A stretch of DNA of 64,000 bases from an uncultured cyanobacterium (GCA_963718615.1 OY970368.1:3904001-3968000); one strand, 5' to 3'. Counted from the first letter of the stretch, positions 1-8,832 are shown. Made by a program: numbers and translations. The notes: generated by a model from the sequence alone, not told the origin.

Positions 1-1887
1 CGCCCGATTTTCAGTCATTTCAGGACGGCAATACCCTTGGTAAACCGCAACCTCCGCCAGGGCTGCCAACACATCCGCCGCCGCCACCGCTTGCGCCACG
101 CCACGAATCAGTTCGCTACGCAATCCTACCTCTTCCCGTAACCCCACAAAAATATCGTATTCAATTTGATTGAGCGTATCTTGGGCATTGAGAATGCGGT
201 TTTCCCGGTCCTTCAAATCCGGCGTAATATAACGCTCTTCATTCGTTAACGTTTGCTTACGAATGTAGTCCTCGGGAATCTGAACCTGGATACTTTTGGC
301 TCGGGTGATGCTGATGTAATAGCCAAAGGTTTTGTTATAGCCGACCTTGAGCGAAGAGACACCCGTTCGTTCTCGTTCCGTGGTTTCGAGATTGGCGATC
401 CATTGGCGATCGCCCTCCACCTGCGCCCGAAAGTCATCTAAATTAGTATTAATCCCCGGTCGAATCAGTCCTCCTTCCGTCAACAAAAGCGGTGGCGAAT
501 CCACCAGATGCTGATGCAATTTCTGACCGAGCTGCTCCAAAACAGATGGCACCTGCTGGAGATGCTTGAGATAGGGCGAGGTGCATTGACTCACCAACTG
601 GGCCAGCTCCGGTAAGCGGGCGAGGGAATCGGCCAAGGCTACTAAATCCCTCGCATTGGCCGTGCCCGAGCCCGCTCGTCCCGTGAGTCGCTCTAAATCG
701 TAAATCTCCCGCAGGAGGCTCCGCAGAGCCTGTCGCAAACTGCCCTTGCTCACCAATTCTTGAATGGTTTCCTGACGCGCCAGAATGCCCCGACGATCGA
801 GCAGGGGCTGAAGCAACCACCGCCGCAGCGCCCGTCCGCCCATGGTGGTCATGGTTTGGTCTAGTGCCCACAGGAGCGAACCAAAGAACGTCCCATCCCG
901 CACGGTTTGGGTAATTTCAAGATTGCGGCGGGTTTGATGATCAAGGATGAGAAACTCCGTCAGTTGATAGGTATGCAGCGGTTGTAGCTGCACCGTTATT
1001 TCTCGCTGGGTATCTTCTAGGTAGTCGAGCAAGCCCCCCGCCGCCCGCACGGCTAAGGGCAGATGGTCGCAGCCTAAACCTTCCAGGGAGCGGAGTTTGA
1101 AGCGATTGAGTAGACGCGATCGCGCCTCCGCCAACAAAAACCGCGACTGGGGCCGAAAGGTATAGCAAAACTGCGTGGGTAAACAATCGGGAAGATCCGC
1201 TCGCCCTGCAATTTGCTTTTCACCGGGGCGCAACAATCCCACCAGATCCGGCGCATCAATGGGAAACAACACTTCGGAAGGTTGTAGCCGCAAGAGTTCC
1301 TGGGAAAGCTGTTCTAAATCCGAGGCTTGGACCGTCAAAAACTCTCCCGTAGAAATATCGGCGTAGGCTAACCCCCAATGTTTTTTTTCAACCACAACCG
1401 CCGCTAAAAAATTATTGCGTCGGGCATTGAGCATGCCGTCTTCTAGCACCGTTCCCGGCGTGATCACCCGCGTAATCTCTCGCCGCACGAGGCCCTGAGC
1501 CTGGGAGGCCTCTTCCACCTGGTCACAAATTGCCACGGCATAGCCCTTTTCCACGAGCTGAGCGGCATAGCGATCGAGGGCATGGTAAGGAATCCCGGAC
1601 ATGGGCACCTTGCCCACCGCTTTGCCTGCGGCCTTGGCGGTCAGGACCAGCTCTAGCTCCCGCGAAATGGTAATTGCGTCTTCAAAGAAGCACTCATAAA
1701 AATCTCCCATGCGATACAGCAGCAACGCACTGGGGTTCTGTGCCTTGGTCTCGACATAGTGGCGCATACTGGGGGTGAGCAAATCCCAGTCCACGGCACG
1801 AGAGTTGTCGTATTTGACCTCGTGCTTTACCCGATAATCGGGCAGATCAGGCGGCTGGGGCAGATTGTCAGCGGGCACTTGGGTCAT
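1..1887 (-). CDS. mutS: DNA mismatch repair protein MutS (N-terminal part; the gene runs off the left edge)
   Basis: ATG at 1887 opens a frame reading MTQVPADN...[46 protein letters not shown]...[12 protein letters not shown]...[11 protein letters not shown], which is the MutS mismatch-recognition domain (GDFYE motif). It is absent from the ORF track because no stop lies in the window. Confidence 0.97.
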   Translation of the reverse strand, partial: MTQVPADNLPQPPDLPDYRVKHEVKYDNSRAVDWDLLTPSMRHYVETKAQNPSALLLYRMGDFYECFFEDAITISRELELVLTAKAAGKAVGKVPMSGIPYHALDRYAAQLVEKGYAVAICDQVEEASQAQGLVRREITRVITPGTVLEDGMLNARRNNFLAAVVVEKKHWGLAYADISTGEFLTVQASDLEQLSQELLRLQPSEVLFPIDAPDLVGLLRPGEKQIAGRADLPDCLPTQFCYTFRPQSRFLLAEARSRLLNRFKLRSLEGLGCDHLPLAVRAAGGLLDYLEDTQREITVQLQPLHTYQLTEFLILDHQTRRNLEITQTVRDGTFFGSLLWALDQTMTTMGGRALRRWLLQPLLDRRGILARQETIQELVSKGSLRQALRSLLREIYDLERLTGRAGSGTANARDLVALADSLARLPELAQLVSQCTSPYLKHLQQVPSVLEQLGQKLHQHLVDSPPLLLTEGGLIRPGINTNLDDFRAQVEGDRQWIANLETTERERTGVSSLKVGYNKTFGYYISITRAKSIQVQIPEDYIRKQTLTNEERYITPDLKDRENRILNAQDTLNQIEYDIFVGLREEVGLRSELIRGVAQAVAAADVLAALAEVAVYQGYCRPEMTENRA

Positions 1888-2099
1888 GGGACAGGCAGGA
1901 GGGCATTAGATCTATTCTAAACAGCGGCTTGGGGAGTTCCAACCGTGGGTGGGGCGATCGCAAGGTATTGAAACCTGCGCTGGCGCACCCCCCCTGAAAA
2001 ACATCACGCTTTATGTCTTTCATGGTGCGGTTTGTGATTTTCCTTGGATTTCGGGATTACTGAAATCATGAGCGTTACTCTCTATAATGCCTGGGCTTT

Positions 2100-2681
2100 A
2101 TGAAATACCCTCTGCAACTGAAATTCAAGTGGTCTCTCTCGACCCAGATCGAAGTAACGGATGAGACGGGAAAACTCGTCTTTTTTGTACGCCAGAAAAT
2201 GTTTAAGCTGAAGGAAGCGATCGGCGTTTTTGCCGATGAAAAACGAACCCAGCTTAGATACGAAATTAAAGCCGATCGCATTATTGATTTTTCTGCTCGT
2301 TATAATTTCTCAGATGCCAACGGTCGCGTCATTGGCGCAGTCAAACGCCGGGGATTGCGCTCCATTTGGCGGGCACATTATGACATTTTCCAGGGCGATG
2401 CCGTAGCCTTTACGATTACGGAAAAGGATCCTTGGGTAAAGGTTGTTGATTCTCTTTTTGCTCAAATTCCCATTGCGGGCTTATTTACTGGTTTTGTCTT
2501 CAATCCCACCTACTTGGTCAGTCGCCCCGATGGCAAAGTGGTCATGCGTTTGGAAAAGAAGCCTGCTTTCTTTTCTCGCATTTTTCTGGTCAAGCAGGTC
2601 GACGAGTTGGTCAATCAGGAAGAAGCACAGGTACTTTTGAGTTTGATGATGATGCTGTTGATGGAGAGAAGTCGCGGTTAG
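2100..2681 (+). CDS. LURP-one/scramblase-like (Tubby-C) protein
   Basis: 193 aa. Repeated beta-hairpin motifs (IEVTDETGKLVFFVRQKMFKLKE; YNFSDANGRVIGAVKRRGLRSIW) and a C-terminal hydrophobic helix are typical of this fold. Confidence 0.7.
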   Translation: MKYPLQLKFKWSLSTQIEVTDETGKLVFFVRQKMFKLKEAIGVFADEKRTQLRYEIKADRIIDFSARYNFSDANGRVIGAVKRRGLRSIWRAHYDIFQGDAVAFTITEKDPWVKVVDSLFAQIPIAGLFTGFVFNPTYLVSRPDGKVVMRLEKKPAFFSRIFLVKQVDELVNQEEAQVLLSLMMMLLMERSRG

Positions 2682-2890
2682 CGGCGCTGACCGGCTAAAG
2701 GGTGATGGGTGCTGAAAGCTTTATAAACTCAAGGCACTCAACACCGTAAATTCGTTGATCACGCCTTCAGAAGACAGTGCTCGCCTTCCACGAACCTGAA
2801 GTTCGCCAATTGACTGACTTCGGTACTGGTCAATCAAATCCAGATGGGGCGATCGCCCACCCTTCTGCCAATTCACCTACTCATCAAATG

Positions 2891-2990
2891 GTCTAACGCG
2901 AGAACCAGAAAATTGTCAGCGTTTTCTTCAGAGTTTAGAGCGCTGAGGCGTTGGTGAAGATTTTGTAATTTTCTACGCTGGGTCGAAGAG
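2891..2990 (+). other. Degenerate attC-like hairpin lacking a clear R' box
   Basis: GTCTAAC (RYYYAAC) at 2891-2897 is followed by inverted arms AGAAAATT/AATTTTCT and TCTTCA/TGAAGA. No GTTRRRY lies at the expected position. Confidence 0.35.
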
Positions 2991-2997
2991 AATAATA

Positions 2998-3236
2998 TTA
3001 TACTGAGACATGCCTGATAATACCTGAACAGGGGTGTTATCGGGCGTCGCTGCTGGGATAATACCTGGAAACGGGTTGTTATCATGCAGCTTTGCCTGAT
3101 AATACCCAACAGGGGGTGTTATTCAGCATGATTGCCTGGATAACTTGCTGTGACTAGGGATTATACGGCGTTGGCGCTTGAAAATACCGGAAGGAGGGAG
3201 TTATCAGGCATCGTGCATGAGAATAAGTTGTTAGCT
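2998..3236 (+). repeat. Array of five palindromic units at 41-bp period, ending in a GTT crossover (long attC/attI-like site)
   Basis: GATAA-type boxes start at 3016, 3057, 3098, 3139 and 3180 (GAAAA in the last), each followed 16-17 nt later by TTAT(C/T/A). An outer perfect inverted repeat ATGCCTGATAA (3010-3020) / TTATCAGGCAT (3201-3211) is present. The array ends AATAAGTT-GTTAGCT (GTTAGCT at 3230-3236). Confidence 0.85.
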
Positions 3237-3364
3237 TGATAGCCATTTGTAGGAATGCTTCTGCTAGCTTTCTTGCAAATGTTGAAGTAGTTTTAGATGA
3301 ATAGTTAGAGCAATTAGGCTAAAATCAGGCTGTTTAATCAATTTTTGTATTGGCGGTGTAATGT

Positions 3365-3733
3365 ATGTCAGAACAGAAGCCTTGGCTTTCTATGCTGTCC
3401 TTATTAGGATTTCAGGTGAATGCAGCTATCGAAAAAGGGCATGGAAATAAAATTTCATTCCATGACATTTACAAGGGCTTAGAAGAAAGAAATTTGTTTG
3501 AACTGTTAGACGAAAAGCTTCCTGGAGTTTTAGATCTCAGTCTTTTCCTTGAACGTAACGAGGGAGCTTCCCTTGAGCAGCGAGATGGACTTCTAAATGC
3601 TTTAAGCGATGCTGCGTCAGGTATGGAGGGAAGAGAAAGAAGAAAATATGGTATTGAGAGTTCAGGTTTGTCTTTACTGATGGCTTATATTTTAGAGGCG
3701 ATCCAGCAAGAATATTGGGTAAGTGCTAGATAG
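3365..3733 (+). CDS. Hypothetical protein (cassette 1)
   Basis: 122-aa ORF, AT-rich, the only substantial ORF between the two recombination sites. Confidence 0.75.
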   Translation: MSEQKPWLSMLSLLGFQVNAAIEKGHGNKISFHDIYKGLEERNLFELLDEKLPGVLDLSLFLERNEGASLEQRDGLLNALSDAASGMEGRERRKYGIESSGLSLLMAYILEAIQQEYWVSAR

Positions 3734-3818
3734 TTACTGCGTGTAATTTGACACACCTTGGAGATAATTGAAGGCAACGTAGGTATGCAATTGAAAGAGA
3801 AGATCGTTACAAAGCACA

Positions 3819-3906
3819 GGCTAACAAACCCAATGCACACCGACCGCCGAGAGATTATCGGTTAGAGTTCAAAGTTATTTGTGGCGGGTGATTGGGAACG
3901 TTATGC
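3819..3906 (+). other. attC integron recombination site
   Basis: R'' GGCTAAC (3819-3825). L'' CCCAAT(G)CAC pairs with L' GTGATTGGG, leaving one extrahelical base. Inner stem CCGCC/GGCGG. R' GTTATGC (3900-3906). Length is 88 bp. Confidence 0.88.
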
Positions 3907-3994
3907 CGCAAGTCCTTGGTGGGGGCAGTTCTTAAGGCTTATCTTCTAGTAGCCAGAGCTAAAATACTGAAAAGTTATTGATTTAGGGACAAGA

Positions 3995-5215
3995 ATGGTT
4001 GACGGAATAGATGAAAACCAGAGAAACTATTGGAACCAGTCCTCGGTAGAGAGGGGCTTATTAGATCTATCTGTTGTACTCTCAACCCGTGATATTACCG
4101 CTGGTAATCAATTTGCAATCTTTGTTTTAGTTAAAAATCCTTTTGATAAACCAGTTTGGATACGCCAAGTACATGTAAGTTTACCTAGTGAACTTAAATT
4201 GGCAAATTTTCTAGAAAAGCAGAGCAAGAACTCTAAACGTAAAAATGAAACAAGAAAAAATCTGGAAAGGTTGAGGGAAGAGAAAAGAGTTCGACTAGAA
4301 GCTAAGATCAATCTTCTAAATCAAGAAATCAAGAAAGTAGTTAAAGGTTTAGAGAGTAGTAAATCTCTAGAAGAATCAGATAAAAACTTTTTATACAAAA
4401 TAGAGTCACGGTTAGCAGAAGTAAAGCAGGAGTTGGAATCCCTGAATGAAGCAGATGAGGCAAGAATTTATATTGATGGCAAAGCGGCTGTAAGCAACTT
4501 TAAGGTTGTTTCTAGGCGACCCAGAATTTATATTGATAATGCTTCAGCCGTTTCTTATCTTGATGTCTACGATCCTGAATCTTTCCAAGAGGTGTCTGCC
4601 CAAGCAAGAACAGTAGCTTTAGAGAGTTCTCTTCCAAGGAATACAGCTTTACAACCCGGCAGCACTGCCGTTTATACAGCAGTTTTGTATGTTGAAAAAT
4701 CTCTTATTTTTACCCCGTCACATTATCGCTTGCAATTTAATGTTAATTATAGTTTTCATTCCAAAAAGAAGGGTTTGTTAGAGGAAACGACTTCTCGAGG
4801 TAGTTATGAGGAGGGAGAGGAAGGAATATTTACAAACACAGTGGCTCATGAAATATCAATCAGACCTTCAGTTTATTCGGTAATTATTGGAGCAGGTTTA
4901 GGAGGCTTTACAGGTTCCGTTGCTCGCTTGCTTCAAATTACGCCTATAGAGAAGTGGCAAGCATTTTCAAACGTAGATACTTTTACTTCTTTGATTGCTG
5001 TTACGGTTGCAGTAATACTCAGTGGCATTGCAGTTGTGTTTATGGCAAGGAAGTCAGAAGCGCAATCATTTGTATCAGTAGAGGATTTTTGGGGTGGGCT
5101 ATTGATTGGTTTTCTTGTTGGATATACTGGGACTTCCTTCTTTGAGCAGTTAACAGGCGTTACGAATCCGACAATAGTTAATCCAACACCAAGGGTTTCA
5201 CCTTTGCCACAGTAA
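3995..5215 (+). CDS. Hypothetical membrane protein with a coiled coil and about 3 C-terminal TM helices (cassette 2)
   Basis: 406 aa. Beta-rich N-terminus, charged heptad region at about aa 75-155, and hydrophobic segments VIIGAGLGGFTG, LIAVTVAVILSGIAVVF and FWGGLLIGFLVGY. Confidence 0.8.
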   Translation: MVDGIDENQRNYWNQSSVERGLLDLSVVLSTRDITAGNQFAIFVLVKNPFDKPVWIRQVHVSLPSELKLANFLEKQSKNSKRKNETRKNLERLREEKRVRLEAKINLLNQEIKKVVKGLESSKSLEESDKNFLYKIESRLAEVKQELESLNEADEARIYIDGKAAVSNFKVVSRRPRIYIDNASAVSYLDVYDPESFQEVSAQARTVALESSLPRNTALQPGSTAVYTAVLYVEKSLIFTPSHYRLQFNVNYSFHSKKKGLLEETTSRGSYEEGEEGIFTNTVAHEISIRPSVYSVIIGAGLGGFTGSVARLLQITPIEKWQAFSNVDTFTSLIAVTVAVILSGIAVVFMARKSEAQSFVSVEDFWGGLLIGFLVGYTGTSFFEQLTGVTNPTIVNPTPRVSPLPQ

Positions 5216-5270
5216 TATTTAATTATAATGCTATGAAGATGTTTACTACTTTGGATTCAAAGCGGCATAA

Positions 5271-5586
5271 TCGGGATAGGGAATGCGATTCGTTGCAGAT
5301 GAATAACGGTGCAAGCCCGTAAATAACTCTGCCAGCTTGGCTTCCAAACATGAAGCACTCTCAAGAGCTGAACTGTCCTCTTGATGAGGGTGAAAGTCCC
5401 TTCCATCAAACTCGGATGTGACTCCTGATCTACCCACGATGACCCGACTCGGAATTCGGGAGGTCGAAGCTGGGAGCAGGGCGCAATCAGACACTCATTA
5501 GACCTCTTGCATGAATGCTAAACAGCGTTCTGGTCGAGTTCCAAATTGTAGAGGGAAGCAATCAGGTTAAAGCGAAAGCCAAATCC
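5271..5586 (+). mobile_element. Structured non-coding segment resembling an IS110-family left end (bridge-RNA candidate), transposase lost
   Basis: Hairpins ACGG-TGCAAGC-CCGT (5306-5320), TCAAGAG/CTCTTGA (5361-5384) and GAGGG-TGAAAGT-CCCTT (5386-5402), plus a long-range helix 5332-5345/5459-5473. These are followed by a purine-rich RBS-like stretch and a basic VKAKAKSK frame. The family call rests on recalled resemblance only. Confidence 0.5.
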
Positions 5587-5676
5587 AAAGTCCTGTTGCC
5601 GTCCTTTTCCATAAACCGTGCACAGAATCTTGAGCGTCATCAAGTCGATGACCACCTACACCATCAGCGTATGCTT
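5587..5676 (-). pseudogene. IS5-family (ISL2/IS1381-like) transposase fragment
   Basis: The minus frame reads KHTLMV*VVIDLMTLKILCTVYGKGRQQDF, resembling the conserved HTLKxQVV...I.C...GKGR.HDF segment. It has an in-frame stop at 5656-5658. Confidence 0.65.
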
Positions 5677-5757
5677 ACTGTTATTGGCAAGACGTTCAAA
5701 CCTCCCTGGTTTGATTCCACTGTAACGACAAAATTCGGCAGGAATGAAAACAGCTCA

Positions 5758-6363
5758 TTACCAAATTCGATCCAGACCCAGAACAAATCCCGGCATCACC
5801 TCACCACAATCGATCGAACTGGGTGACTCCAACACCACCGCATCCTGTCCAGGGCGATAAATCTCAACCTGTTGACTCTGAGGATCGATTAACAGCCCCA
5901 ATCTCACCCCCAGCCGTCGATACTCCGCCATCTTCTCCTGCAACAATTTCAAATTATCCGTCGCCGACCGCAACTCAATCACAAAATCCGGCACAACCGG
6001 AATAAACCCAACAATGTCCACGCCCGCCAGTCGTGACTTCTCAATCCAAGACACATCCGGCGACATCTTCCCGCCCCCGCCCGCGATAAAATCATAGCCC
6101 GTCGATGAGTCAAATGTTTCGCCCAGATTAGTTTGGCGATTCCAAATCTCAACATCAGTTCCTAGACTCATATTTCTTTTGCCACTTTCACCACCCGTAG
6201 GAGGCATGACAATCAACTCTCCATCTTTTGTTAATTCCAGGCGCAACTCAGGATTATCCAAGCAAAGCTGGTCAAAGTATTCTGGGGTTACAGTGAGCTT
6301 GACATGGCTAACATTGAGTAACAGCGCATCAACCGATGATGTCGGAGCCGTAACCATGGTCAT
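5758..6363 (-). CDS. Uma2-family (DUF820) putative endonuclease
   Basis: LELTKDGELIVMPP, SPDVSWI, PDFVIELRS, KMAEY and GVRLGLLIDP motifs. Confidence 0.93.
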   Translation of the reverse strand: MTMVTAPTSSVDALLLNVSHVKLTVTPEYFDQLCLDNPELRLELTKDGELIVMPPTGGESGKRNMSLGTDVEIWNRQTNLGETFDSSTGYDFIAGGGGKMSPDVSWIEKSRLAGVDIVGFIPVVPDFVIELRSATDNLKLLQEKMAEYRRLGVRLGLLIDPQSQQVEIYRPGQDAVVLESPSSIDCGEVMPGFVLGLDRIW

Positions 6364-6710
6364 ATAACCTCCAAACGCCTTTGGGAGCGAGTTATAGCAC
6401 TTCTATCCTATCATTTAGGCTAGAACGAGCTCCCCCCCCAAGCCCCCAGCCCCAGCCAGCAAGTCAACTTTCGCCCATGACTCTTGTCCGACATCTTCAA
6501 TCCATCCATTAGCGCCCTCAACGCCACCGCCCCCCTAGCTCACCCCCAAACAACTCCAAGAATAGTTGCTTAGGCATTAAACTTATCTGCGTCCAGTGAG
6601 CGTGACCGTTATTTTTTTGGGCCGCTCATGGGGCTTCCCCCGTTCCATCACAATCAGGTTATGCTAAGACTGTTGCAGGGCCTACACTTTGATATTCTGG
6701 AGATGCGTTT

Positions 6711-7322
6711 ATGGCAATTGCCTCTTCGCCTTCATCAGCGATCGCCAGACAAAAACTAACCCTAGCGGAGTTCCTAGATTATCAGGATGGGACTGACAAT
6801 CGCTATGAACTGGTAGAGGGGGAGTTACAACAGATGGCCATAGGGACAGGCTTGCATGGAGCCATCATAGAGTTTATCAATGATGAATTTCGCAATGAAA
6901 TCCGACGATTACAGCGACCCTGGACATCGAAGCAAGCTGCCGTTGCGATTCAGTCTCCTCGGGGCCGCCGTTGGGAGACCTGTCGTATCCCCGATGTAAC
7001 AGTCTTACCGATAGAACAATGGGAAACACTTTTGTCGAAGCAGGCAGTGATTACGCTAGATCAGCCTGTACCGACTTTGGTAGTGGAGGTGGTGAGCGAA
7101 TCTACGAAGGCTGAAGACTATCGGGCCAAGCATGCGGAATACGGCGTGTTGGAGATTCCGGAATATTGGATGATTGACCCGTTGGATGAAGTAGTGACGG
7201 TTTGTGTGTTTGAGGATGGAGGCTATACGAATCGACGGTTCGTGGGGGACGAACCCCTTCGGTCTGACATTTTTCCAGAGCTAATCCTCACTGCCGCTCA
7301 AATTCTTTCTGCACGGCGTTAA
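6711..7322 (+). CDS. Uma2-family putative endonuclease
   Basis: RYELVEGEL, RIPDVTV, LVVEVVSES and YGVLEIPEYWMIDP motifs. Confidence 0.93.
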   Translation: MAIASSPSSAIARQKLTLAEFLDYQDGTDNRYELVEGELQQMAIGTGLHGAIIEFINDEFRNEIRRLQRPWTSKQAAVAIQSPRGRRWETCRIPDVTVLPIEQWETLLSKQAVITLDQPVPTLVVEVVSESTKAEDYRAKHAEYGVLEIPEYWMIDPLDEVVTVCVFEDGGYTNRRFVGDEPLRSDIFPELILTAAQILSARR

Positions 7323-7374
7323 TTAGATATGCCACTCTGGTTAGATATCGTAAACGCAGATTAGGGTCTCTAAG

Positions 7375-7959
7375 TTACCAAATTCTCTGCAAGTTCAAAA
7401 CAAACCCTGGCAACTCCGGCTCTGCGCTGACCTGATCCGGTTTCTGAAGGCAGACCACATTCTGCCCTGGACGATAGACATACACATTGTAATGTTTTCG
7501 ATCGATTAAAAACCCCAACCGACAACCCGGTTCCGCTAAATACTCCTCCATCTTTTCTTGCAAAGGCTTGAGATTATCCGACGGGGACCGCAGTTCCACA
7601 ACAAAATCGGGACAGATAGGAGCAAATCGCGATCGCAACTCCGGCTCCACACTATGCCAACGCTCCAGCGTTATCCAAGCCGCATCGGGAGAACGGTCTG
7701 CGCCCGTTGAAAGTTTAAATCCGGCACTAGAGCTAAATACAATTCCAGTTCCGTCTTGTTCTGCCCAGGCCCATAGCGGCCCAATGATTCCTGCTTCGCG
7801 ATGACCGGATTCTGAACCAACAGGGGACATAATTGAAATGACTCCATGGCGATCGCGCTCAATCCGCAGTTCCGAGTTTTCCTGACAAAACTCAAAAAAT
7901 TGTTGCTCCGTCATCCGCAGGGACGTGGGAAATTTTACGGAAAGAGAAGAAGAGAGCAT
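7375..7959 (-). CDS. Uma2-family putative endonuclease
   Basis: RSPDAAWI, PICPDFVVELRSPSD and KMEEY motifs. Confidence 0.93.
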   Translation of the reverse strand: MLSSSLSVKFPTSLRMTEQQFFEFCQENSELRIERDRHGVISIMSPVGSESGHREAGIIGPLWAWAEQDGTGIVFSSSAGFKLSTGADRSPDAAWITLERWHSVEPELRSRFAPICPDFVVELRSPSDNLKPLQEKMEEYLAEPGCRLGFLIDRKHYNVYVYRPGQNVVCLQKPDQVSAEPELPGFVLNLQRIW

Positions 7960-8040
7960 GGTCGGTCCACAAGCTCAGGAATTTAATAGGTTACCCAGTT
8001 GATCTGCAAATTAATCTGCAAGCTGATCTTAACGCGATCG

Positions 8041-8832
8041 CTACAGCGCGCTAGAATCCAAACTCTCTGCCTCCTCCGGCGTTTGCGGCAGGTGAATGCC
8101 ACATTCCTGCTTCAGCCCCTGGAAACGTGTATCCCGTTCGTCGTCATCATCCATCGACAGCGGACGGCTCGAATGCCAATCCCCTACGGTCACATAGCCC
8201 TTATCGAAATAGGGGTGATAGGGCAAATCGTACTTCATTAAGTATTGATAAATATCGCGGGAGTGCCAGTTGAGAATCGGCAGAAGTTTGTAGCGATCGC
8301 CCTGCATCCCAATACGATCCAAGGTTTTGCGGTGATCGGTCTGATTCGATCGCAACCCCGCCAACCAAGCCGCCGCATTCAGCTCCCGCAACGCCCGCTG
8401 CATGGGCTCAACCTTGCGAATCTGGTCGTATTCGTTTAGGGCTTCCACCGTGCCCATTTCCCACAGCCGTCCGTAGCGGGCTTCCATGTGGGCCGGACTT
8501 ATAGGCGATTGGTAGACCTTGAGGTTGAGGTTGAGCCGCGCCGTCATTTCGTCGGCAAAGCGATAGGTTTCGGCGGGAAGATAACCGGTGTCGACCCAGA
8601 TAATTGGGATGTTGGGATTAACCTGGGTGGCCAAGTGGAGCATGACCGCCGACTGGATGCCAAAGCTGGTACTCAGGACCATGCGATCGCCAAACGTCTG
8701 ATAGCCCCAATCCACCAACGTCGCCGCGTCTGCATCGGCGTAGGTTTGGTTGATTGTCTTGAGATCGAGCTGGCCTGGAGCCCGTTCTAACGTTTGCTGC
8801 GGCGATGCACTGGCCATACCGTCAGTCCCCAT
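8041..8832 (-). CDS. cysH: Phosphoadenylyl-sulfate (PAPS) reductase
   Basis: STSFG, DTGYL, RKVEPM, GLR and the C-terminal ECGIH motif. Confidence 0.96.
   Translation of the reverse strand: MGTDGMASASPQQTLERAPGQLDLKTINQTYADADAATLVDWGYQTFGDRMVLSTSFGIQSAVMLHLATQVNPNIPIIWVDTGYLPAETYRFADEMTARLNLNLKVYQSPISPAHMEARYGRLWEMGTVEALNEYDQIRKVEPMQRALRELNAAAWLAGLRSNQTDHRKTLDRIGMQGDRYKLLPILNWHSRDIYQYLMKYDLPYHPYFDKGYVTVGDWHSSRPLSMDDDDERDTRFQGLKQECGIHLPQTPEEAESLDSSAL

Larger units (their letters stand above)
3231..5270 (+). mobile_element. Integron-like gene cassette array (CALIN, no integrase in window): cassette 1 is 3231-3900, cassette 2 is 3901 to about 5270+
   Basis: Cassette 1 starts GTTAGCTTG and ends CAGGCTAAC (8/9 complementary). 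Cassette 2 starts GTTATGCCGC and ends GCGGCATAA (complementary). Each holds one co-oriented ORF, and the DNA is AT-rich with no HIP1 octamer seen. Confidence 0.8.

Noticed and set aside
246-1366. Short ORFs at the window start
   Set aside because: They are alternative-frame or antisense shadows of mutS.
3010-3211. The 41-bp array as a CRISPR array
   Set aside because: The period is too short for repeat plus spacer, the units are degenerate palindromes with only short variable parts, and no cas genes are present.
5271-5586. Group II intron (GGTGAAAGTCC-like hairpin near an attC)
   Set aside because: I see no GTGCG 5' end, domain V or reverse transcriptase remnant. It is kept only as an alternative to the IS110-end reading.
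5246-5826. ORFs 5246..5494 (-) and 5515..5826 (+)
   Set aside because: They run across structured non-coding DNA and IS remnants and have no protein-like motifs.
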